DNA from: Paramoeba atlantica
Taxonomy: Eukaryota > Protista > Discosea
Length of the DNA: 19,676 nucleotides
Assembly: GCA_977017575.1 (NCBI GenBank)
Contig: CDRNVI010000209.1
Span: 1 to 19,676, forward strand
Direction of reading: 5' to 3'
The notes beneath the pieces are model-generated. The model did not search any database and was not told where the DNA came from. It saw only the letters and a list, made by a program, of their open reading frames with translations. Below, one piece after another: positions 1 through 9,014 of the stretch. Both the position numbers and the translations under genes were made by a program. Each line of letters begins with the position of its first letter. The stretch's first letter is position 1.

Positions 1-745
1 CCTAAACCCTAAACCCTAAACCCTAAACCCTAAACCCTAAACCCTAAACCCTAAACCCTAAACCCTAAACCCTAAACCCTAAACCCTAAACCCTAAACCC
101 TAAACCCTAAACCCTAAACCCTAAACCCTAAACCCTAAACCCTAAACCCTAAACCCTAAACCCTAAACCCTAAACCCTAAACCCTAAACCCTAAACCCTA
201 AACCCTAAACCCTAAACCCTAAACCCTAAACCCTAAACCCTAAACCCTAAACCCTAAACCCTAAACCCTAAACCCTAAACCCTAAACCCTAAACCCTAAA
301 CCCTAAACCCTAAACCCTAAACCCTAAACCCTAAACCCTAAACCCTAAACCCTAAACCCTAAACCCTAAACCCTAAACCCTAAACCCTAAACCCTAAACC
401 CTAAACCCTAAACCCTAAACCCTAAACCCTAAACCCTAAACCCTAAACCCTAAACCCTAAACCCTAAACCCTAAACCCTAAACCCTAAACCCTAAACCCT
501 AAACCCTAAACCCTAAACCCTAAACCCTAAACCCTAAACCCTAAACCCTAAACCCTAAACCCTAAACCCTAAACCCTAAACCCTAAACCCTAAACCCTAA
601 ACCCTAAACCCTAAACCCTAAACCCTAAACCCTAAACCCTAAACCCTAAACCCTAAACCCTAAACCCTAAACCCTAAACCCTAAACCCTAAACCCTAAAC
701 CCTAAACCCTAAACCCTAAACCCTAAACCCTAAACCCTAAACCCT
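1..745 (+). repeat. Telomere, (CCCTAAA)n, about 106 units; the G-rich strand TTTAGGG runs toward position 1
   Basis: Uninterrupted CCCTAAA array from base 1 to ...ACCCT at 745, followed by an abrupt switch to unique sequence. Confidence 0.99.
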
Positions 746-1151
746 GACAACCAAAGATAACCATACTTTTGAGTAATTTAAACCCTAAACCTTTAGAGTA
801 TGCTCCTGGCGCACATAGAGTGCCTATGACTTGGGAACCTATGTCATTTGGGAACCTTGAATGGATCAGAATGTCATGTTTAAACCCTAAATGGTCATCA
901 GTGGAGATAGTGTTATCTAGGGGCCAATTGGGGAAGGGGTTACCCTTCAAAAATGAGGGAGAAATAGAGATTAGAATTGATCCCACATCCCACTTTGCTG
1001 TCTTCCAGAAAGTGATTCAAATACCTGAAGTGATCCTTATAGTCTAGCCATGAAAGCTAATAACTATGGGAGTAATTCCTTCAATAGTTATTTTTATCAC
1101 TTCTGGGCTTTGACAACCAAAGATAACCATACTTTTGAGTAATTTAAACCC
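745..1151 (+). repeat. 41-bp exact direct repeat at the telomere junction (745-785 and 1111-1151)
   Basis: TGACAACCAAAGATAACCATACTTTTGAGTAATTTAAACCC occurs twice, 366 bp apart. The distal copy overlaps a 13-nt telomeric stretch (TAAACCCTAAACC, 779-791). Confidence 0.95.
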
Positions 1152-1334
1152 CTTAATGAGAACTAAAGTTGGTAAAGAAACTCCAATGCATCCCATGTTG
1201 AAGAGATCTTTGGATCTAACTCTTAATTTATCTTCCCTCCCCCCCCCCTTTCTTCCCCCCTCTTTTCCATCCTAGAGATGGTTTTTTAACTCTAATAAAT
1301 GGCACCTAGTGTCTGAACCTTTAAAAAAAAAAAA

Positions 1335-1755
1335 AAGAAGAGTCAAGCTGTTGTTAAATGGATTCCTTCAGAGTTCAATCTTGCTGATCTATTAACCAAG
1401 TCTTCAAGAAACCTTGCTTTATTCAATCATTTGAGAGACCATATCATGTGATGGTCACTCATTGTGGGGGAATGTCAATTGGCAATAGCCTAAGGCTTGC
1501 TTGTGGTCTTTTTGTTCCAATGATGATGTCACTCTTTTGATCCATTTCTCCCCTTCAATGAATTGCTGATCCAGTTCCCAAACCTCCATTCTTCCTTTTG
1601 GTAAACTTAGTGACTTAGTTCTTTACCCTCTGCATTCTGTGAATAGTTAGTGCTAAGTACTGAAGTCAAAATAAAGCTCTCACTCTTGTTTTTCCCTGAT
1701 TTGATTTCTGAGTTTATTTCTCAGTTTTGTCTCTGCACCATTTCTCTGTTTGTTA
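1335..1755 (+). mobile_element. 5'-truncated fragment of the same Copia family: end of RNase H, PPT and 3' LTR
   Basis: 1335-1472 aligns with 8594-8731 (encodes ...VVKWIPSEFNLADLLTKSSRN...). GGGGGAA PPT at 1466-1472, then the LTR. The fragment starts directly at an A14 run (1323-1336). Confidence 0.95.
1473..1755 (+). repeat. LTR copy 1 (283 bp, TG...TA)
   Basis: Colinear with 3638-3920 and 8732-9014; 11 substitutions versus the 8732 copy and no indels. Confidence 0.95.
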
Positions 1756-2759
1756 TCAAAGACACAAGAGGGTTTTATGGTTGTTGTCACCACAACTCAA
1801 GCAAGTGTTTGCCTTCTCAAGCACATCTTTGGCTTGCTTATACTCACTGCCTTGAGGATCAAGACATATCATCCTCTTTTGAGGGGGAGGAGAAGGAGAA
1901 GTTGAGTGAATTCTTGGATACTTAATATGGTTTTCCATTTGTGAAATCAATAATTAGTATGAGGTAGCAGAATGCTCTCTCCTCAAGTCACACCAAGTGT
2001 GGATGAATGGTGAGGGTCTCATCTTTGATTCAAAAAGTTCTCTTATTTTTTCATCTGCAAGAGTTACATCTTCACCAAATTTCTTCCTAATGTGTTTCAT
2101 AAACTGGACATAATGTTCAATCAGGTGATACTGGTTGTTGAAAACTAATTCATCAATCCACTCATGGTTCTTGAGTGGGTCATTCCTTCCTTTTCCAAGA
2201 TTCAAATTCTTCAAATATTGTTTGAGGGTGGAGTTACAATTGACTTGGAGTTAGGGTCCAACTCACCAGCCAAAGCAGTGACTGTGTCATTCATGTTGGG
2301 CCAACCCACACAACACCACTTTTAGTAGAATTTCACCAAAAAAAAATGCCAGTTGTTGTGAGGTGATTGAATTGCTGGCTTCTGTACTTTTCTCAAATAA
2401 TTTTTCACTAACTTTGAAATTTTCTTTGAATTCATTTGTTTTATGCTCTTCAATTTTTTCAGCAATAGAACAGATTCTGTGGTTGGTTGAATCATTGAAA
2501 GGTCATCAAACAGGTTTGTCAGCAACAGTTGTTGGTGAGTCAGGTTAGACTCTATCCTTGGGTTCTGGGTTCCCAATGCAGTTGTAGTTAGAGTGGTTCC
2601 TTCAGCTACAGTAGGTGCTGTCTGGTTTTGAACCAAGTTTGGTTGAATTGTGGCATTGCTAGATGCACCATTGGTTTCTTGGTCAGGCTCCTCAATTGGT
2701 TCATCAATCTCAAGATCTTCAATAGCATTTTCCACTTGTTGGGGTTGATTTTGTTCCAT
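1756..2759 (-). pseudogene. Decayed gag/ORF1-like frame of an older retroelement with a C-terminal CCHC zinc knuckle
   Basis: ATG at 2759 (MEQNQPQQ...). After one frameshift and several in-frame stops the frame runs through KNHEWIDELVF... to CLSCGDNNHKTLLC (CX2CX4HX4C), then a TGA at 1756-1758 abutting LTR1. Confidence 0.6.
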
Positions 2760-2922
2760 TTGAATATTAATCTTCAATTCAAAATTTGGAATTTGAAAAA
2801 TGTTTTTATTCTTTTGATTTCATCAAGAAAGAACATGAGTCACAGTGTTCTTAAAACAATCCAAAAGAACTTGGAGATTTCAGTGAAATAGTTCAGAAGA
2901 GGGGCCAAATAAATAATTTAAG

Positions 2923-2963
2923 TAATTGAATAAAATCTGCCTCAAAAAGGAAAAAAAAAAAAA
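2923..2963 (+). mobile_element. 3' tail of a non-LTR retroposon related to the SINE at 5657-6083
   Basis: TAATTGAATAAAatcTGCCTCAAAAA followed by a poly(A) run matches the SINE 3' end TAATTGAATAAAgttTGCCTCAAAAA at 24/26 positions. No TSD was found. Confidence 0.65.
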
Positions 2964-3060
2964 CCTGTTTTGTTTGTTTTGATTCGACTTGATTATTCTT
3001 CAAACATCTTCCCCATCATTGGAGACTCTGTGGAGAGATGCTTCTCATCCCCCAGGAGGA

Positions 3061-3479
3061 TGCACAGGAGCTCTGTGCTCCTTGCAGATTGCAACAAAAC
3101 AACAAAATCAATTTTGGTGCTTCAAATTTAGTGTGCTTGTCCAAGTTGCACTTTTGCCAAACCAACATGCATCAATTCCTCTTCTTGGAAATTTCTTTTG
3201 TGGAACACCTTTCCCTTTCTCTTTTCACAATTTCCTTTCTGATTTCCTTTTTCCAAATTGTTCTTCCAATTCCTTTTTCTCAACAAACATGCTTCCAAAC
3301 CAAAAAGAATAAAACACAAACCAAAAGCAGCAGCAGCAACATATTGCCCTTGTGCAAGAGGAATCAACATGTATCTATTTGGTGAAAGTGTGACTCAGAC
3401 AAGCACACTAAATTTAAAACATCAAAAATCAACTTTGTTGTTTTGTTGCAATCTGCAAGGAGCACAGAGCTCCTGTGCA
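3061..3479. repeat. Fold-back (MITE-like) element with inverted arms of about 125 bp (about 3061-3184 and 3355-3479)
   Basis: The outer 46 bp are a perfect inverted repeat (TGCACAGGAGCTCTGTGCTCCTTGCAGATTGCAACAAAACAACAAA). The inner arms match mostly through C/T and G/A differences. No TSD was recognised. Confidence 0.8.
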
Positions 3480-3637
3480 CTTGTGTTTCTTGACTCAAGC
3501 CAGGAAACTCATCTTTTTTCTGCAAGGAGGAGATGTAAATAAGGAAATATCCAAATATATAATATTCAAATATGTATATCACTTTATATAGAATCTTGAC
3601 TCTGTAACTTGCAATTTTGGTGAAATTGGTTGTTACC

Positions 3638-3920
3638 TGTCAATTGGCAATAGTCTAAGGCTTGCTTGTGGTCTTTTTGTTCCAATGATGATGTCACTTT
3701 TTTGATCTATTTCTCCCCTTTGACGAATTGCTGATCCAATTCCCAAACCTCCATTCTTCCTTTTGGTGAACTTGGTGACTTAGTCCTTTGCCCTCTGCAT
3801 TCTGTGAATAGTTAGTGCTAAGTACTGAAGTCAAAATAAAGCTCTCACTCTTGCTTTTCCCTGATTTGATTTCTGAGTTTATTTCTCAGTTTTGTCTTTG
3901 CACCATTTCTCTGTTTGTTA
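3638..3920 (+). repeat. 5' LTR (copy 2), TGTCAATTGG...TTTGTTA
   Basis: 10 substitutions versus the 3' LTR, all transitions. The left boundary is fixed by the TSD and the right boundary by loss of identity with the other copies. Confidence 0.96.
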
Positions 3921-3948
3921 GATTAAGAGTCTAGTGTCTCTACCACTG
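3921..3948 (+). promoter_or_regulatory. Primer-binding site complementary to the 5' half (D-loop to anticodon arm) of tRNA-Lys(CUU)
   Basis: The reverse complement CAGTGGTAGAGACACTAGACTCTTAATC resembles the eukaryotic tRNA-Lys-CTT segment CAGTCGGTAGAGCATGAGACTCTTAATC. There is no TGG (CCA-end) PBS next to the LTR. Confidence 0.8.
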
Positions 3949-3958
3949 TAGTATCACA

Positions 3959-5063
3959 ATAAACAAAACAGTTGTGAAAGTGCTGAAGCTAACCGAGACG
4001 AACTATGATACGTGGACCGAAATGATGTCTTACTTGTTCAACTCTAATGGTGGTCACAAGTACATCAACGAGTTGATACCAATTGCAGACATTGAGGAAC
4101 AGGCCGAGAGGGAGATCTTTACGAACACAGCCATGCTTATTGTAGCGCATGTTCACTTTGATCTCCAGAATTTGATTCGTTCTGACCAATCAGATCCCAA
4201 CTCCTGTAACTCCTCAAACCTTCTCCCATCGACACACCCTCAAAACTTTGTTTTACATGCTGGTCATGGATGATTTCGAATCAATTGAAGCGTTTGTCCT
4301 ACAGATCAAATCCACTGCAGAGAAGCTGAATTCTCTCACAGAAAAACAAGCTGGTTGAGAACATCATATCTCCAAATATGAGTGATATGAGCAATATGTT
4401 AAGAGAGAAATTTTCTCTAAGCTCAGTACGCATACTGCTCATTGACCTGATTCTCTTTGACCTTCTCCTTCTTCTTCTTCTTCTTCTTCTTCTTCTTCTT
4501 CTTCTTCTTCTTCCTCTGCTCCCCCCTCTTCATCCACTCCAAGAGAGTCTAAGTTTAAGTCAAGACAAGAATAGGATCCAACCGAAATCCGAAATTCCCT
4601 TTTCTACTATTTCAAGAATCACTTTGATATCTTCAAGACCTTCTTGAAGGAGCTTGGCTTTGAGTTGGCTGGGTATGTATCTGATGATGATAAACTCTCT
4701 GTGCTTTTAGTCAGTGTTAAAGCAAACTATGAGATCATGTACAACCATCTTGTGGGTCGTGAGCATTTGACATTCCAGTCTGCATCAGAATATTTAATTC
4801 AACACACAACTGATTCATGTTCAGACACAATCAACCGAATGGAAGAGAAGAAGAGACACAATCCAGACAAATCTCCAAAAGAAAATTTGTCTCATAGGGA
4901 TGTAGATAAACCGAAGAAATCTTGCCAAAAGTGTGGAAAGAAACACCCACTGCATGTTTGCTGTAAGCATAAGCCGAAAAAGAATTCGGACGATATTTTC
5001 CTTTGTGCTTTTGGAGACAAGAAAGAGACTGTTTCCTCTTCTTCTCACCATGCCACCTGTTAG
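3959..5063 (+). pseudogene. gag: Copia gag, with one frameshift and several premature stops
   Basis: KLTETNYDTW N-terminal motif, UBN2-like ESIEAFVLQIKSTAEKLNSL and VSDDDKLSVLL, and knuckle CQKCGKKHPLHVC. Frameshift between about 4175 and 4240; in-frame TGA/TAG codons. A start at 3959 (ATA, presumed ATG>ATA) is inferred. Confidence 0.85.
4468..4512 (+). repeat. (CTT)15 microsatellite, encoding poly-Ser in the gag frame
   Basis: Direct reading of the sequence. Confidence 0.95.
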
Positions 5064-8000
5064 TTGATTTTGGATAGTGGTTGTTCGTGGCATGTTGTTG
5101 GAAAGAAGTTGTTTTCCAATCTGTTTGATATCCATGAGGTTTCTCCTCACATTATCAGTCTTGTGGATGCAAAGACTTACACCTCCAACCATGCTGAGAC
5201 TCTGATTGTGCAGCCTGTGAAAGGTGGCAAAACACTTCACATTACTGATGTTACATATGTCCCTGAGATTAATGATTGTTTCATTTCTATCAGTCAGTTA
5301 GCAAAAAAGAATTTAATTTCAATCTTCAAGGGTGATATTTGCCAAATCTGTTCGAAGAATGATGTTCTTATTACTGCGAAACACACAGGTGGTTTGTATC
5401 GTGTTGAGACTTTCAAAGTTGTGGCTGATTCCCTTCTTTGCTCAGATAGCAAGCCTTCACCAACTGAGAAGAACAATGAAACTATTATGGATATTCATTC
5501 CAAACTTGGTCATGTCTCTGGCCCTGCTTTATTGAAAGCTATTGTTGATCATTATATTCATGGGGTTGATCTTACTAAGGTCGACCAAGTCTTGAAGAAG
5601 TGTCCTGTGTGTTGTGAGGCTAAATCCAAAGCTCATAAGAAACTTGGTACCAAACCTTTTTTTTTTTTTTTTTTGAGGCAAACTTTATTCAATTAGTAGT
5701 TTTTAATCTAAGCCATTTGAATTACATTAAATTATGTTTGTTTTTTTAACCTCTAACAAGAGGTGAAGTTTTAAACTTCAGCTTAGTTCAGTCGGTCTTT
5801 ATGCTGAACTTTAGAACTTCTACAAGTTCAGGCTGGAGGATGCACATCAGAAGGGAGAATAATCCAAAGCTCCTTCCAAGGGAATTTATCCTCAACTTTT
5901 TAGCAAACAGGGCTGAAATGTAACCTGTTCTGATTTTCACACTTCTTCAAGAGCTCCTCACTCCAATCAAATCACTCTACAGCACCAGAAAAATTTTCTT
6001 TAATATCGAAAAACTGGGATTTGAACTCGCCCCCCCAGGGTTGGACATAGTTGAATTTACAACTAAACTACGGGCACCAACCCAACTTGGTACCAAACCC
6101 TCTTGTGCTCAATATCCCTTGGATGTGACACAAGCTAACTCTAGTGGTCTTCTATCTCCTACAATGAAAGGTAATTGTGGTTTTCAAGTTGCTATTGATG
6201 TGTATAGTTGACGGAAACATGTTGATTTGTTCAAAGTCAAGACAGAGAACCCCCACCACATAAAGGGTTATATTGAGGCTGGAGAGTTGGAAACTGGTAA
6301 CCTTGCTCGAACACTTCGAACTGACTGTGCTGGTGAATACGAGTCTGCGTGGTTTACCAAATATTTGAAGGATAAAGGTATACATCAGGAGTTTTCTGTG
6401 CCTCATTGTCAGTCGCAGAATGGCCTTGCTGAGCGTGCGATTGGTACACTCTCAGATATGGCGAATTGCATGTTAGTTGAGAGTGGACTTCAAAGGAAAT
6501 ACTGGGGTTATGCGGTTAAGTATGCTGCCAAAGTTTCTAATGTCACTCCAACATCTGCTTTGAATGGTTTGACGCCCTATGAAATGTATTATGGACACCC
6601 ACCCAAGATTACCATGTACCACACCTTTGGTTGCCTCTGCTTTCATCAAGTACCCAAAGACCAACACAAGAAATTTACACCTAAGTCTGAACGCTGTTTG
6701 TTTCTTGGCCTTTCCGACAATCATGAAGCTTTTATTGTTTTATGGCTTGATGATAGTCGTGTGATGATATCACGAGATGTCAATTTTATTGACAATTCCT
6801 TCCCTCTTACCTCAAAGTCTACTTCTGTTTCTGATGATGATGATGATGATGATGAAGATGATGACCATGAAGGTGAAGTTGATGTTTCCATTTTTGGTTC
6901 TAAAGAATACGAGAAAGAAGAGAAAGATGATGAAGATGATGATCTGACTGTTAACCTCACTCCTGGCAAGATTACCAGGTTGGTCTATTTACCACCTCGT
7001 AAATCCCACAACCTCTCGAAATTTGAAGCTGATGTTGAAGTAATTTGGAAGAAAAAGAGAGTTTCCATGCCTAATCCCAGATATGCTAAGAACACTAAGG
7101 ATTCTGCTAATCCAATTTTTGATATATCTGATCCAAATCTTGATTTCCTTTTGGCTGCTTCTGTTGTTGATGATGCCCCCAAATCTTATGCTGCTGCTAT
7201 GAAAAGTAAGGATGCTAAGAAGTGGAGACAAGCTGCATGTGAGGAGATTGAGGCTCTACTCCATAACAGCACGTGGGAAGTTGTTCCGATTCAGGATGTC
7301 CCTGCTGGCACTCAAATTCATAACCCGGTTTGGAGATTCAAACAGAAATTGGATGGCCGTTATAAAGGACAGATGTGCTTTAACAGTAGTGACCAATTGA
7401 GAGGTGTTGATGTTGAGGAATCATCTTCACAAGTTCCCACCATGGAAACTGTACACACTATTATTACTGCTATGGTACAAAAGACAGCTCGCATTGTTCA
7501 AGCAAATGTATTCAACACGTTTTTACATGCTGAAGTGGATGTGGATGTCTATATGCACCACCCCCCTGGTTTTCCTGGGCCTCCTGGTACTGTATGTAAA
7601 ATTAAAAAGGGTCTGTATGGTATGCGTCAGGCATCTCTTCTTTGGCAAGAAAAGGCACACAAAACTTTTGTTTCTATGGGATTTGTACGCTCTAAGAAGT
7701 GCAAATGTCTTTACTTCTACAAGTATAATGGTCATTGGTGTGCAATTCTCATTTATGTTGATGATCTTTTGATGGCTTCGAGTTACCTACCTTGGATTGA
7801 TAAAATACTCACGACTCTTGATAAACGCTTTGGTATTCACTATGTTGAGGGTCTGGGTCTTTACCTTGGTATTAAGTGTGATCACGATTCTATAAAGAAA
7901 ACCATCCACATGTCCCAACCACACATTGTCGAAAAACTCACTTCTCTACTTCAAACTCAGGATCTTAAGCCTACCAAATCTCCTGCTAATCTCAAAATTA

Positions 8001-8710
8001 CACTTGTAAAGGATGCTGGTGATCCAATTGATATTTCAAACTACCAATCTGCGATTGGGTTGTTGTTGTGGCTTGCTCGGTGTACTCAACCTGACATCAT
8101 GTTTCAAGTAATTATGTTGTCACAGTTCCAAGTTGATCCTCGAACTGAACATTGGGGTGTGGTTAAACATTTGGTTTGATACCTTATGGGGACTTTGCAT
8201 TTGGGAATTACCATCAACAAAGTGAATAGTTCTAAATTTATTGCAATTTTTGACGCAAATCATGCTGATGTACAACTACAAAGAAAATCTGCATCTGGAT
8301 GTTTTGTTTTTCTGAGTGGCACACCTGTGGTTTTTACAACAAATAAGCAGAAATGCACTGCGTTGACATCTGCTGAGGCCGAGTATGTATCCATGAGTGA
8401 TGGAATGAAGAAAGTTGCTTGGATTGCTGGTCTGCTTGCTGAATTGAACCAAAATCTGGGTTTTGACTATCCTATAATCCCGGAAGTTTGGACTGATTCC
8501 CAACCTGTGATTGCTTTGTTGGAAAAGAACGATCCTGAAAATACACGTTTGCAACATATTGATATTCGATGTCATTGGATTTTGGAATATATTAAGAAAA
8601 GTCAAGCTGTTGTTAAATGGATTCCTTCAGAGTTCAATCTTGCCAATCTATTAACCAAGTCTTCAAGAAACCTTGCTTTATTCAATCGTTTGAGAGACCA
8701 TATCATGTGA
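5064..8710 (+). pseudogene. pol: Copia pol (protease, GAG-pre-integrase, integrase, RT, RNase H), disrupted by a SINE and nonsense/missense changes
   Basis: Motifs LILDSGCSWH (protease), HSKLGH...CPVC, RTDCAGEY and QNGLAER (integrase), KGLYGMRQA and IYVDD (RT), SAEAEY and HIDIR (RNase H). Removing the SINE and one TSD restores the frame. TGA sits at conserved Arg positions (YS*R, LV*YL), and several conserved Asp read Asn (QAN, QANV, LANLLTK). Confidence 0.95.
5657..6083 (-). mobile_element. tRNA-derived SINE, 427 bp, inserted by target-primed reverse transcription
   Basis: 16-bp TSD AACTTGGTACCAAACC (5641-5656 and 6084-6099) and an A18 tail preceded by AATAAA. A-box-like TAGTTTAGTTGTAAA (6070-6056) and B-box GAGTTCAAATCCC (6028-6016) have tRNA-like spacing. 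Confidence 0.9.
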
Positions 8711-8724
8711 CAGTCACTCATTGT

Positions 8725-8731
8725 GGGGGAG
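8725..8731 (+). promoter_or_regulatory. Polypurine tract GGGGGAG
   Basis: Directly 5' of the 3' LTR; the equivalent tract precedes LTR copy 1. Confidence 0.85.
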
Positions 8732-9014
8732 TGTCAATTGGCAATAGCCTAAGGCTTGCTTGTGGTCTTTTTGTTCCAATGATGATGTCACTCTTTTGAT
8801 CCATTTCTCCCCTTCGACGAATTGCTGATCCAGTTCCCAAACCTCCATTCTTCCTTTTGGCGAACTTGGTGACTTAGTCCTTTGCCCTCTGCATTCTGTG
8901 AATAGTTAGTGCTAAGTACTGAAGTCAAAATAAAGCTCTCACTCTTGCTTTTCCCTGATTTGATTTCTGAGTTTATTTCTCAGTTTCGTCTCTGCACCAT
9001 TTCTCCATTTGTTA
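8732..9014 (+). repeat. 3' LTR (copy 3), TG...TA
   Basis: Followed directly by the TSD TTACC; retains 4 CpGs, versus 1 in LTR2 and 0 in LTR1. Confidence 0.96.

Larger units (their letters stand above)
3638..9014 (+). mobile_element. Full-length Ty1/Copia LTR retrotransposon, inactivated
   Basis: Two 283-bp LTRs, a 5-bp TSD TTACC (3633-3637 and 9015-9019), PBS, PPT, and the Copia domain order gag-PR-IN-RT-RH. Confidence 0.97.

Noticed and set aside
1-745. Plant origin inferred from the TTTAGGG telomere
   Set aside because: This repeat also occurs in green algae, oomycetes, several alveolates and other protists; nothing else here is plant-specific.
1751-1758. Canonical LTR end TGTTATCA for LTR1
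   Set aside because: Identity with the other two LTRs stops at TGTTA, and the TSD of the full element fixes the end at TA; the TCA is flanking sequence.
1756-2759. HeT-A/TART-like telomere-maintaining retroelement
   Set aside because: The frame points toward the telomere, opposite to those elements, and a normal telomerase-type array caps the end.
4378-4647. Poly-Leu ORF as a membrane protein
   Set aside because: It is an alternative frame of the (CTT)15 microsatellite inside gag.
6010-6083. Functional tRNA gene
   Set aside because: A and B boxes are present, but the acceptor stem cannot form and the sequence lies within a TSD-flanked, poly(A)-tailed insert.
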